64,000 nt of DNA, from contig CBFFSA010000004.1 of assembly GCA_965644495.1 (NCBI GenBank), positions 992,001 to 1,056,000 of the forward strand, written 5' to 3'. The notes under the pieces were generated by a model, which saw only the letters and a list, made by a program, of their open reading frames with translations, ran no database searches and was not told the origin of the DNA. Both the position numbers and the translations under genes were made by a program. Positions 11,271 to 21,962 of the stretch are shown piece after piece. Positions within the stretch are counted from its first letter, which is position 1, and every line of letters begins with the position of its first letter. The DNA comes from Perkinsela sp. CCAP 1560/9 (Eukaryota > Protista > Euglenozoa: Kinetoplastea).

Positions 11271-14204
11271 ATGCTAGAGCCTTATGTCCGCGCGTGTATG
11301 ACGCGCCTGGCGCGTACCTGTGCGCAACGTCGACTTCTGGTCATCTCCTTCGCGCTTACTATTATCGCACTCACTGGGATTGGTATCCGTTTTATGGTAC
11401 TTGAGGAAGATCCCGCGAAGCTTTGGGTGGAGTCTCACTCCCAGGTGGCGCAGGAGAAGAAAATATACGACGAGACATTTTCCCCTTTTTATCGTACAGA
11501 ACAAATTCTTCTAACCCCTAAGAAAGGGCACAACACCACAACCAATGCAGCTGTGCTACAAGAGTTAGGGACCTGGCTCACACGGCTGCATAACGAGAAG
11601 ACTTCCCGGAAACAGAATCTCGGAGACTTTTGTTGGCGTATGATTCCGGGAAAAGGTTGTTTTGAGCTCAGTCCTTTATCCTATTTCCAAGGCAACGCGA
11701 CGAAAGTGTCAGAAGTCGAACAAACCTTCCCGGGAGGCACGCCTGGGTTTTTTCACTACTGCACGACGGCACTGCACAGTGACTGCTTCAGTGAGCTCGG
11801 CATCCCGGTCCAGCACTACACCGTTTTTGGGGGCGAGCATATCGAAGAGGACGCGGACACAAATGTGGGGCTTCACGCCCAGGCCTCTATGGTTACGCTG
11901 CTCCTGAATAACAGCGTCGAGGGGCGTTACCTCGCTGATGTTATGGAATGGGAACGCGATGTGTTTGTCCGACTCATGGAGGCCTACGCCGCGAGTTCCG
12001 AGCTCGTGAATGTGTTTTACATGTCCGAGCGCTCCGTGCAAGATGCGTTAAAGGTACAGGAAAGTTCGAGTGCGGCAAACATTGCGATTTCTTATATTGT
12101 CATGTTTTTGTACATTACTTGTGCGCTGGGTTACTTCCACCGTGTGCACAGCAAGGCAGCCGTCGCCTTTTGCGGGGTTGTTCTCGTGCTATGCTCTCTG
12201 ATTTTCGCCACAGGTCTGTGTAGTTTTGCTGGTGTGTCTCTGACGCTCATTATTACGGATGTGGTGCCCTTTCTTGTTTTGGCCATTGGAGTAGACAACA
12301 TGTTTATCATTAGTAGCGCGTACTGGAATGCTGCACAGCGACTCAAATCAGAGCGCGGAGTTCGCACCTTGTCTGAAATAGAAGTGATTGATGTCATGTC
12401 GAAAGCAGTTGGAGAGGTGGGGGGCACAATGCTTCTTGCTGGAATGGCAGAATTTCTGGCATTCTCCTTAGGGGGGCTGACGTCGATGCCCGCAGTACGC
12501 GCCTTTTCTTTCTATAGCGCTGCCTCTATCGGGTCAAATCTCATTTTGCAGTTGACCGTTTTTATTGCTATACTAACCATGGACGCGCTACGTGTTGAAC
12601 GTAGAACAAGTGAGATACCGTGTTTGCCCCCAGGAAAAGATGACAGCGAAGAAACCACTGAGCTTCGTCAGATTCCGTTTACAGAAAAGGAAGACATAGA
12701 AGAGGAGTTGGATAGGAACTATTGGGGAATCGGCGTGATATTGCGACGGTTCATGAGAAGAATCTATTGCCCTTACATTTTGGAAAGCCTTCGCATCCGA
12801 ACCGCTATTATTATAGCTTTCCTTAGTCTGTCTTGCGTCCTTCTTCTAGTCGGAATACCTCAGGCCAAACTCGGGTTGGATATCAAAGATCCTGTCCCAG
12901 AGAATCATTATCTGATGGACTTTTTTGTAAATTACGAAACGTATGGTCAAAGTGGACCCCCGCTCTACTTTGTAAACAAACCCAAGAAAGATCACACAGG
13001 ACGACTGCGCGCCATCAACTACACTGATCCCCATACCATACACCACCTTAGCCAGCTGAACTCTGTGCTACAAAACGAGACCCCCTTTGTGGTGCCCCAA
13101 TCTGTGGCCTTCTGGTATTCTGATTTTCGTCGTTTTCTTTGTCACAATGCGAATGCAACGGTGGCTGAGTTTCGTCCAGGAAACGGCTGTGTGAACTACA
13201 CCGTCCCAGGTAACCCGGAAGCTGATCTCTTTGCCTACTTTCAGTGTGATCCCTACACCATGATGGCGGACTATATCCCCCCGGATGACTTTCCTTCCCT
13301 GCTGCGTCAATTTCGAGACTCCCCCCAGTGTTGTCTCTCACGTGACCGAGAAACCGGACAGGAGGGGAATACCGGAATCTGCGGATTCCAATACACCTCG
13401 GAGATTGATTTTGGAAAGTGCTACACCGACGCGCATGACAACCACGTCTATCTGTTGTCCGAATCCGACAAACCCTCTGTCGTCCCCGAAAACACCACCG
13501 AGTGCGTTCGCGGGAGTCGGATCCGCACCCAAACCACGAAACTCACCACCAGCGAGGACTACATCGGTAGCTTTCTCTCCGCGCACAACGCCACACGCTG
13601 GTTCAACCACGAAATCGAAACCGACGGGGGCAACGCCTTCACCGTGTTCCCCTACTCCATCTACTTTCTCTACTACGCCCAGTACGAGAGCCTCGCGAAC
13701 ACCGCGGGGTGGCACGTCGGGACGGCACTCACGGTGACCGCCCTGGTGAGTTTCGCCATGCTCGGCTCGCTCAGCACCACGGTGTTCGTGCTGCTGACCC
13801 TGGTGATGATTCTGGTCGACCTGGTCGCGGTGATGTCCCTCTGGGGGGTACGGGTTAATGCCATCAGCGTGGTGAATTTGGTCATGGCCGTGGGGATCTC
13901 GGTGGAGTTCTGTGTGCACATGGCGATGGGGTATCAGCTGGTGCGGGGGAGTGCGGGCGAGCGTATGCGGCGCACCATGGTTGATGTCGGCACGAATGTG
14001 TTTTGTGGGATCACGCTGACAAAGCTTTTGGGCGTTTGCGTGTTGAACTTCTCCCCCAGCTTGGTGTTTCGTATTTACTATTTTCGTATGTATCTCGCAA
14101 TTATTGTATTGGGCGGGTTACATGGCCTGTTGTTCCTACCCGCGATGCTAGCCCAGTTTGGGGCTCCTTCGGTGAAGCAAAGGGTCAGGTGGTTCTCGTG
14201 GTAG
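11271..14204 (+). CDS. NPC1: Niemann-Pick C1-like sterol transporter (Patched/RND family), no N-terminal NPC1 domain
   Basis: DP.KLWV, PFYRTEQ, sterol-sensing domain (PFLVLAIGVDNMFI, MPAVRAF), FPYSIYF.YY.QY, NAISVVNLVMAVGISVEFC.H, YYFRMY. Confidence 0.93.
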   Translation: MLEPYVRACMTRLARTCAQRRLLVISFALTIIALTGIGIRFMVLEEDPAKLWVESHSQVAQEKKIYDETFSPFYRTEQILLTPKKGHNTTTNAAVLQELGTWLTRLHNEKTSRKQNLGDFCWRMIPGKGCFELSPLSYFQGNATKVSEVEQTFPGGTPGFFHYCTTALHSDCFSELGIPVQHYTVFGGEHIEEDADTNVGLHAQASMVTLLLNNSVEGRYLADVMEWERDVFVRLMEAYAASSELVNVFYMSERSVQDALKVQESSSAANIAISYIVMFLYITCALGYFHRVHSKAAVAFCGVVLVLCSLIFATGLCSFAGVSLTLIITDVVPFLVLAIGVDNMFIISSAYWNAAQRLKSERGVRTLSEIEVIDVMSKAVGEVGGTMLLAGMAEFLAFSLGGLTSMPAVRAFSFYSAASIGSNLILQLTVFIAILTMDALRVERRTSEIPCLPPGKDDSEETTELRQIPFTEKEDIEEELDRNYWGIGVILRRFMRRIYCPYILESLRIRTAIIIAFLSLSCVLLLVGIPQAKLGLDIKDPVPENHYLMDFFVNYETYGQSGPPLYFVNKPKKDHTGRLRAINYTDPHTIHHLSQLNSVLQNETPFVVPQSVAFWYSDFRRFLCHNANATVAEFRPGNGCVNYTVPGNPEADLFAYFQCDPYTMMADYIPPDDFPSLLRQFRDSPQCCLSRDRETGQEGNTGICGFQYTSEIDFGKCYTDAHDNHVYLLSESDKPSVVPENTTECVRGSRIRTQTTKLTTSEDYIGSFLSAHNATRWFNHEIETDGGNAFTVFPYSIYFLYYAQYESLANTAGWHVGTALTVTALVSFAMLGSLSTTVFVLLTLVMILVDLVAVMSLWGVRVNAISVVNLVMAVGISVEFCVHMAMGYQLVRGSAGERMRRTMVDVGTNVFCGITLTKLLGVCVLNFSPSLVFRIYYFRMYLAIIVLGGLHGLLFLPAMLAQFGAPSVKQRVRWFSW

Positions 14205-14492
14205 GTATATGATTAGGGGTTACTATGGTTTGGTTTCTTGCATGGGCAACTTACTAATATCGAATTACTGTAGTATGTACGAGTAGGCCACATGAACTTC
14301 TTTTTCGATTCTAAGTTTGTATTCATTTTCACCCTTCTGAACATAATACAGAATGTAGTTGTGTCTACTAGGGCATCCAGCACCATTTTCTCTTTTTCTG
14401 AGGGCCGTTGAAGTAACTTTACTGTACGCGTCTGGCATTCAAACAAAACAAAGAAACTTTTATTTATTACAGTTTTCTCAGTATTTTCGCCC

Positions 14493-15905
14493 ATGTACAC
14501 CCATTTTCGCACCCCCTGGCTCTGCCTTCGTCGTGCCTCCACCGAGCCCGCTCCCCTTTTCACCTCCCTACTCCGCACCTACGTAATCGGGAGCGCGGCC
14601 TCCCATTCGCGTGTGCTTCCTTTCCCCGAGGACGTAGCCCGAGCACTCAAGACCCTCGGCATCTCCCACTCTCGCGAGGCCAATTCCGCGAACGTGAAGA
14701 AACGGTACAAACAGCTTGTCGCGACGTGTCACCCCGACGTCCCGGGGGGCAGCGATGCCCGCATGAAATGCGTCAACACGGCCTATGATGTGATCCGGCA
14801 GTATGAGGAGAAGAATGGCGGGACGCTACGTCCGGAAGCCACGGCCTCGACGCAGAATCCAACCTCTGCAGAATACTATGACCCACATGAGACATCACTC
14901 TACCCCCCGGGGTGTGATCAGGATACCTATGAGGCGTTCATGCAGTATGCTTCACAATCCTCACGAGGAGGTCCGTTTCGCCGGGGAGATTTTGAGATAC
15001 ACGAGGAAGCAGAAGATATTCGACCGCCTTTTTCAAAACGAGGACGTAAAGGACAGTCTATTCTTCGTGGGATGGGGTTTAACGTGGGCTATGATGAGGA
15101 TTTTGCCTACGAGCCCGAGGGTTATGTTAATTTTAATGACAAGCCAGAGACGGAGTGGCAGAGGGCATTTTGGGAAATGTCCGACGGGGAAGAGGAGGTC
15201 CCGGATCCCAGTCTGTTTACCAGCCGCCGACAACGTCCTGAGCGTCAGGGGATGGATCAGGGCTCGTTCTTTAACCATGTAGATGAATTCTTTTATAACC
15301 CCGAGGATCGACGACGTAGCACGCAGAGAGACAAACGTGGCAAGGCGGAAAGAGGGGGCGAAACGCCTGTTGCTGGAGCATGGAACGCACATGAAGCAGA
15401 TGCTTTTGAAAATATGTTTCACAAGGAAGGTAAATCTTTTCGTGAAATTGCACGAAAGCTGAGTCGTCCCGTTCAAGAGGTGATGGAGTACTACAATAAG
15501 GTAAGTGATCGAAAAACGGGTACATCGGATCAGAAAAATGGCCAAGATCGCACACCCACCAAACCACAAACGAATTCGACTAATCGGAACACGTCAAGCA
15601 GTTCACGTTCGACGCCTAGCGATTCTCGATCCTCCAAACTGCCACATGGGATTGACGAAGATGATATGTTCTATAGTCCTAATCGGTATTATGGCACTCG
15701 AGGCATGAGACAAGATCGTCGCCCGCATACCGATAGCAAATTTTCTTATGGCAAACAGACCGAAGAAATTCGCAGGACATGGTCATCAAACAGGAACTCG
15801 GATCGTTCGAATCTCCCATTTCGGGGAAGGCATCGCCAAAACCAGAGCAATCGGAAGCATCGAAATGGTCCATATGAGTACGATGAGCCGGATGACTGGG
15901 TTTGA
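14493..15905 (+). CDS. DnaJ-domain protein with probable mitochondrial presequence and a SANT/Myb-like segment
   Basis: J domain LGI...VKKRY..L....HPD..GG..M..VN.AY; W...E...F...F.KEGKSF..IA..L.R...EV.EYY. Confidence 0.8.
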   Translation: MYTHFRTPWLCLRRASTEPAPLFTSLLRTYVIGSAASHSRVLPFPEDVARALKTLGISHSREANSANVKKRYKQLVATCHPDVPGGSDARMKCVNTAYDVIRQYEEKNGGTLRPEATASTQNPTSAEYYDPHETSLYPPGCDQDTYEAFMQYASQSSRGGPFRRGDFEIHEEAEDIRPPFSKRGRKGQSILRGMGFNVGYDEDFAYEPEGYVNFNDKPETEWQRAFWEMSDGEEEVPDPSLFTSRRQRPERQGMDQGSFFNHVDEFFYNPEDRRRSTQRDKRGKAERGGETPVAGAWNAHEADAFENMFHKEGKSFREIARKLSRPVQEVMEYYNKVSDRKTGTSDQKNGQDRTPTKPQTNSTNRNTSSSSRSTPSDSRSSKLPHGIDEDDMFYSPNRYYGTRGMRQDRRPHTDSKFSYGKQTEEIRRTWSSNRNSDRSNLPFRGRHRQNQSNRKHRNGPYEYDEPDDWV

Positions 15906-16297
15906 AAACGATTCACGGTGCTAGAAGCTGCAATCTCTAACTATTGCACACCACTTTTGATTGTACTACGGGTTTTTTGCTCAAATCGTTGGAAGGATAT
16001 CTTTCCCTTACGTAGGTATAGACTTTTCCCCAACGTAGGTACGGGGGGCGACATCTTGCTAATTATCAATTACTTTCAGTTACGTATCAATTATCAATTA
16101 CTTTCAGTTACATATTACGTCTACATACGAATTCGCAAATTAAGAAATGTTTTCGACATAATTTATTTATTTATAAATTAATTCCTGAATTATGCTATCT
16201 ACGATGAATTGCAAGCTCTTATACTTCTTACATATTTTGTAGTATTTTCGTTTCAAAAACTTTGATTTATTGATATCTTGAATAATTTATTCTTATA

Positions 16298-18559
16298 ATG
16301 TCGCGAAAGAAAAGCAAGGCGAAGGCGAAAGACCGCTTGGATCAGTACTACGAGCTTGCAAAGCAGCAAGGTTATCGCGCTCGTAGTGCTTTTAAGTTAC
16401 TCCAACTTCACCGGAAATACGAGTTTCTTGCCAATGCTCACACTTTAGTGGATCTCTGTGCCGCTCCAGGGGGATGGCTTCAAGTTGCCGCTAAGTATAT
16501 GCCCATTACATCGAAAATTGTGGGTGTGGACTTGGACCCGATTCGTCCTATTCCCGGTTGCAAATGTTTGACAGGTGACATCTATCACGACCGAACGTTG
16601 AAAAATATCACCAACTATTTGAAAGGAGCTCAAGCAGATATAGTCCTACATGACGGTGCCCCGAATGTGGGAGGGGTATGGAGCAAGGAGTCGTTTGCTC
16701 AAAATCAACTTGTGTTGCAGGCGTGTAAGGTAGCCACACAGTTGTTGTCTCCTGGAGGATGGTTTGTGACGAAAGTTTTCCGCGGAGAAGACTTCAACAA
16801 AGTTTTATGGGTGCTGAAACAGTTTTTCGGTAAAGTGGAAACCACAAAGCCACTGGCCAGTCGGATGGAGAGCGCTGAGGTCTTTGTCGTTTGTCATGAA
16901 TATAAAGCACCACGGAAGATTGACCCGAGGTTTTTCAAAGTAGGTGAGGTGTTTCGAGAGACAACTGAAACGGATAGTGGAGCTGCAATTGCATCGAAGA
17001 GTGTAAGCAAAGTCCCACAAGGGTTTGAGAAAATGGGCCCTCAGTTTACGGCGGCAACGATAACGCAGTTTCTTCGCACGGAGGATCCAAAGGAATTTCT
17101 CCACTCTGTTAGTGAGATACGATTTGATCCGACCTTGGAAAATGAAACAGAGTACAAACGTAGCACATGTTCTATTAAGGAATTACTCTACTTATGCACG
17201 GACCTACGTCAAGTAAGTAACGCCGATCAAAAACGCCTGCTACGCTGGCGAGAGAAACTTTTAAAATTGAATTTGCACAAGGATTCCGTAGAAAGTGTGC
17301 CCAACTCTGACGGAGGGCTTACCGATGTAAAGGAAATTGAACTGCAATCTCTGCATTCATCAGACGAGGAAGCAGCTCTCGAGGATGAAATATCACAACT
17401 TCGTCGACGTCGCGAAAAAGAACAGAAGCGAAAGGAGCAACAAGTAGTGGATCGTAAACTGCGACATCTAGGCCGAGTACTGCACCATGACCCTATGTGG
17501 GTGGACGCAGATACTACCCCTGTTTCTTCTTTTCAATACCTGAAGTCAGACGACTTTGATGCAAACTGTGAGGTGGGGCGTGAAATCTCGCCGGAGAGGA
17601 TTACAGGTAAACTACGACCCCAGGATTCGGAAAACTCAGACACCGACTCTACAGATGAAAGCGAAGAGATTGATGAAACTCAGGCGTATCCCATTGGAAA
17701 ATCGGCACGAAATTACCACCGACGTATGGAACAAGTTTTGGATAGTACTTTTGTCCCTCAAAAGGAAAGCATGAAAAAGAAACGCAAACACGAGGATAAT
17801 GATAACGAAGTTGTGGTAAAGTACACTGAAGAGCTACGCGACACCGATGCGTACACTGCCTCTGAGAGCTCGGATTCCGCCTCTGAGACAGAGAAAACGG
17901 AGGCGAATGATTCGGGTTTTAACCTCATCCATGCGCCACGCAGTTCTGCCGTCCCATTGAAATCTGTCACAGAAGCCACTTTGCAAGAATTGGTCCGTCG
18001 AGATCGCAAGGATCAGTCGACGCAAGCTAAGAAAAAGAAAAATGCGTCATCTGGAGCGGTAGCTTTCGAGGAAATTCCAATGGCGTTGACAGACCCGGAA
18101 ACTCGAGCACGCACTTTGGCAATTGCTACGAAAATGCTCGACAAAAAGGCACGGCGAGAGATTTTGGAGGGGGCGATTCACAAGTACACCCATGGACCCG
18201 AGGAGGGACTACCCGAGTGGTTCGTTAAGGATGAACGACGACATTGCTTTCGCACTCTGCCGGTTACAAAGGAGGAGATTGAGCTTCAGCGTTCACGCTT
18301 CAGAGAAATAAATCTGCGACCATGTAAAAAAGTGGCAGAGGCCGTTGGGCGGAAAAGGAGAAAGGCAACTCGAGTGCTCCACAAACTTCAGAAGAAAGGA
18401 CGAACAGACCCGAAGGCACGACAAAAGGCAGAAAAACTTTCCGTTCGTCGACTCATGAGATCTCAGACACTGAGGTCACAGAAGAAAAAGCCTCTAGATG
18501 ATAAATTGAAAGGGGAAAAAATGCGAAAACACCAGGCTGCGAAACGACGCAGAAGGTAA
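16298..18559 (+). CDS. SPB1: pre-rRNA 2'-O-methyltransferase Spb1/FTSJ3
   Basis: GYRARSAFKL, DLCAAPGGW, HDGAPNVGG, FVTKVFR, SR.ESAE; Spb1 C-terminal LPEWF..DE and KKVAEA..RK. Confidence 0.95.
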   Translation: MSRKKSKAKAKDRLDQYYELAKQQGYRARSAFKLLQLHRKYEFLANAHTLVDLCAAPGGWLQVAAKYMPITSKIVGVDLDPIRPIPGCKCLTGDIYHDRTLKNITNYLKGAQADIVLHDGAPNVGGVWSKESFAQNQLVLQACKVATQLLSPGGWFVTKVFRGEDFNKVLWVLKQFFGKVETTKPLASRMESAEVFVVCHEYKAPRKIDPRFFKVGEVFRETTETDSGAAIASKSVSKVPQGFEKMGPQFTAATITQFLRTEDPKEFLHSVSEIRFDPTLENETEYKRSTCSIKELLYLCTDLRQVSNADQKRLLRWREKLLKLNLHKDSVESVPNSDGGLTDVKEIELQSLHSSDEEAALEDEISQLRRRREKEQKRKEQQVVDRKLRHLGRVLHHDPMWVDADTTPVSSFQYLKSDDFDANCEVGREISPERITGKLRPQDSENSDTDSTDESEEIDETQAYPIGKSARNYHRRMEQVLDSTFVPQKESMKKKRKHEDNDNEVVVKYTEELRDTDAYTASESSDSASETEKTEANDSGFNLIHAPRSSAVPLKSVTEATLQELVRRDRKDQSTQAKKKKNASSGAVAFEEIPMALTDPETRARTLAIATKMLDKKARREILEGAIHKYTHGPEEGLPEWFVKDERRHCFRTLPVTKEEIELQRSRFREINLRPCKKVAEAVGRKRRKATRVLHKLQKKGRTDPKARQKAEKLSVRRLMRSQTLRSQKKKPLDDKLKGEKMRKHQAAKRRRR

Positions 18560-18833
18560 GATTTGGTCAATACTTCATATTCATATTGTTATTGTAGCGC
18601 GTTAGAAAGTTTCACTCTACATGTCTTGTTTGCAATCTTTATTGGGTTTTACACTTTGTCTTTTATGGTACAGCATTAATTTAATTAATGTGCTTTACGG
18701 CATGATTATTTTATTCGATTGACTTTGCCTAAGTAAGTATAAGTATCCCGGAAGTTTTTTTCCCATATGAGAAAAACCACATGTGCGAGTCACAAATTGT
18801 AGTGTACATAAAGTACTTTTCGTATGTCTTTTA

Positions 18834-19958
18834 ATGATGCTACGAGCCAATCAGTTTAGGAAAAGTCGACGCTACCATTTTCAAAGTCGAGCATTTTGGA
18901 CTCGTACATCTATGGTAGCTAAAGAGCGATACACATCCTACGGAACATTCTTGGCGCATTGGGCGTCCCTTATTCGTTTTCGTAGTCCTACAGGCACTGC
19001 TTTGCTTTTACTTCCCTGTTATGCAGGTATGGCAGCAGCTGCCAGCTCAGATATTGCTCGACTCGGAGTTCAGAGTCAATTTTTCGCCCTTCCATTCTAT
19101 CCTGTCGGTTTTAGTGTACTGTTTGCGGCAGGAGCCTTTACTATGCGAAGTGCTGGGTGCATTGTAAACGACATGTGGGATAAAGATATTGATCGACAGG
19201 TATGGAGAACACGATATCGCCCCCTAGCTTCGGGTTGCCTGTCGTTTACTCAGGGATATGCTATTTTATCCGTTCATCTTATACTTGGTATGGCAGTGGT
19301 ACTTTGTCTCGACCCGCTGAGCCTTGGGCTCGCCCTGGCATCGGTTCCTTTGGCGGCTCTGTATCCTCTGGCAAAACGATATCTCAATTGTCCTCAATTC
19401 ATACTTGGGTTATGCTTCAATTCTGGCGTCTATATCGCTCACACAAGCGTGCTGGGAGAGATTAGCTGGTCTACGAGTGTTCCAATTGTTCTTCCCTTGT
19501 ACTCCGCGTTTGTGATATGGACCGTGATTTACGATACCGTGTACGCATTTCAGGATGCGAAGGACGATAGAACTCTTGGAATAGGGTCGTTTGCTCTTTA
19601 CTTGGGATGCCGAAAAACATTTCTGTATTTTCTTCTGTTGCCAATGGGGTTCTTGTTCATGTTGGCCGGATGGAATGCGAATCAGCACAGAGCATATTTT
19701 GGAATCCTTCTTTTTTCTATGGCGTACTTGACCTTTTTGCTTTCATCTGTACGTGCAGGCAGTCCTGGTACGTGCTCATTCTTTTTTCGGCGTATGCCTC
19801 TCGTGGGAGCGCTTTTCGTACTTAGTTGGACAATTGGAAATATTTTGAATGTTTCACCAGTCACTCATTCCTTTTTGAAGTTAAATATATTAGGCAATTC
19901 TACGGATGCGGATCAGGTTAAATTGACAGAAAACGAAAAGAAGGATTTCGAGAAGTAA
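18834..19958 (+). CDS. COQ2: 4-hydroxybenzoate polyprenyltransferase (UbiA family)
   Basis: MRSAGCIVNDMWDKDIDRQV.RT..RPLASG, YPLAKR, YDTVYAFQD..DD. Confidence 0.93.
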   Translation: MMLRANQFRKSRRYHFQSRAFWTRTSMVAKERYTSYGTFLAHWASLIRFRSPTGTALLLLPCYAGMAAAASSDIARLGVQSQFFALPFYPVGFSVLFAAGAFTMRSAGCIVNDMWDKDIDRQVWRTRYRPLASGCLSFTQGYAILSVHLILGMAVVLCLDPLSLGLALASVPLAALYPLAKRYLNCPQFILGLCFNSGVYIAHTSVLGEISWSTSVPIVLPLYSAFVIWTVIYDTVYAFQDAKDDRTLGIGSFALYLGCRKTFLYFLLLPMGFLFMLAGWNANQHRAYFGILLFSMAYLTFLLSSVRAGSPGTCSFFFRRMPLVGALFVLSWTIGNILNVSPVTHSFLKLNILGNSTDADQVKLTENEKKDFEK

Positions 19959-20514
19959 TAACTCCGACTTAATCTGCATGCATATGGTGTTAATACGAAC
20001 CAACATTCCAACATACTTCGTCATGAAAACACATTGTAGTGTTAGTTACTTTTCATGTGGAATATACGACGAGAATATCAGATTTGTGTATCTGTAGTTC
20101 AGAACGTGATCTAGTCTGAATTACGCTCTTTCATATTCCACAGTTTGAGTTTCCACAGTTCAGTTTTGAGAGAATCTCTGTCTCACCCATGCACACTTCA
20201 ATTGTATACTGTACGTCTAATCTCTCTAAAGTACCGATAACAGCGACCCGACATTTGCTCTGACTGACATATTTTGGTCGTTCCAGACTTTGCGACGTGG
20301 TCGTTCACTTCCGAGTACGAGAATTTATTAGAAAGAACCTAGCAGCGTATTCTGTAACTTAGAAAAACAGGGCAAATGACCAAAAATAAGTCATTCTTTA
20401 TGTAAAATTTACCATCTATTCATACATATCCCTAATACGGATAGTCGTCTCGCAAAAAAAGTATCTTTTACTAGGATAAGGTTTAAAATCTTTTGTGATA
20501 GCACTTCCATATTA

Positions 20515-21251
20515 CTGTGCTCGCAAAAATTAATAAAACTTTTATTGTAAATTAATAAAAACGTTTTACTAATTAAAAATTCAGTAATTTTTGTTTTACT
20601 AATTTTTGCACTGCCCCCAAAAAAATTGCCAACTTGATAAAATCAATTTTTACAGAAACGGTATTTCTGTCGTTTGAGTAGGTTGTCTCCTCTAAGGTCG
20701 GCGTTAGTACCATCTGCAAAATGGTAATGCTAGGGAAGACCGCGAGGAGGTCCCGACCATGCTTTCCCATGCTGAGTGTGTCAGGCTTCAGTGAAGCGTA
20801 TTACAAAGAAAATCCTTACAAAGAATATTCCCCAAAAAGGGATTGACTTTTACCCCCTCCCTTACAATGTCCCTACATGAGCATTTTCTTAAATATGAAA
20901 AAAATCTCTTAAATGCAAGAGAGCGATGTTTCGCGTTCGCGGAGCGAAGAAAGTCTTTTAAGAATAGGAGTATAACGAAAAAGAAAGTCAGAGATTCAGA
21001 AAAAAATCAGGAGCGGGGAAAGTAATATGTGTCTGTAGCACAGAGTAAAAAACACCCCAAAAAAATAATATTAATAAAAATTTTGCTCGCTTTCGTGCGA
21101 CATAGTAATCTGAAAACTTTTCGTAAAAAAAAATAGAATTCCGAAAAAAATGTAAGGTGTAAAACCTGAATTTTGCAAAATGTTTTACTAATTAAAAATT
21201 TACTAATTTTGGTTTCACGAATTATTGTTACACTAATAATTGTGTGCACTG
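20515..21251. mobile_element. degenerate Tc1-like MITE
   Basis: Imperfect TIRs ctgtgctcgcaaaaatt versus cagtgcacacaattatt; TA on both sides; repeated gttttactaattaaaaatt. Confidence 0.5.
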
Positions 21252-21506
21252 TACTTTATGTATTCTTTTCATATCTTTTCAGTAAGCTGCGCGTCAACTT
21301 TGGTACTTCCACATACTTACGGTATTTGTAAAGCCCTAATGCAGTGAAAACTATATCGAAAAAGTAATATTAATTCAGCTAAGAAAGACGTTTTTAAGGA
21401 CCAATTCTAGTTCGCAAGAAAAGCGATTGCACAATTTTGCTCAATGACGCGAAATTGAAAACATCCATCATGCGTGGCACCCTTTTATCCAAGAATATCA
21501 AAAATA

Positions 21507-21848
21507 CTACACCCCGCTGATTAATTTTAATAAATATGAATTATAAAACTTTTGCATTTATATTTATAATTATAATTTATAGAATTTATGAATTTATAGA
21601 AATTATTTTGCGAAGGTACCGGTTGACGTCATCACTATCACGTAATTTTCCCGGCGATGGTGAAAGCATCAGCATTCTCAATACTTTCGGAATGCCATTT
21701 CGACAACTTTGATGGAAAAAGGCATACAAGTTTGGAAAAAAGTTTTATAAATTATACAAGGAAGCATGTTTTTTATAAATTAAGAAAAGTATAAAAGTCA
21801 AAAATCACCCGTTTATTAAAATATAAACTTCTATTAGCGGGGGTGTAG
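21507..21848. mobile_element. MITE with TA target duplication
   Basis: TIRs ctacaccccgct / agcgggggtgtag; TA at 21505-21506 and 21849-21850; AT-rich interior. Confidence 0.75.
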
Positions 21849-21962
21849 TAGTTCATGGAATAGTCTTTGACATGGTGCGGGCCTACAATATGGCGAAGCC
21901 TGAAAAGTTCTTTCTTATAACACATATTGCACTAATTTTGTTACATTTTCGTCCTACCTAAA

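Noticed and set aside
16060-16116. 28-bp tandem duplication (similar short ones near 718, 47457, 61270 and 63178)
   Set aside because: Two-copy slippage or repair duplications with no further structure.
20695-20770. 5S rRNA-like words (gttagtac...gggaagaccgcg)
   Set aside because: Spacing is wrong, the 5' half is missing, and it lies inside a MITE; only local hairpins.
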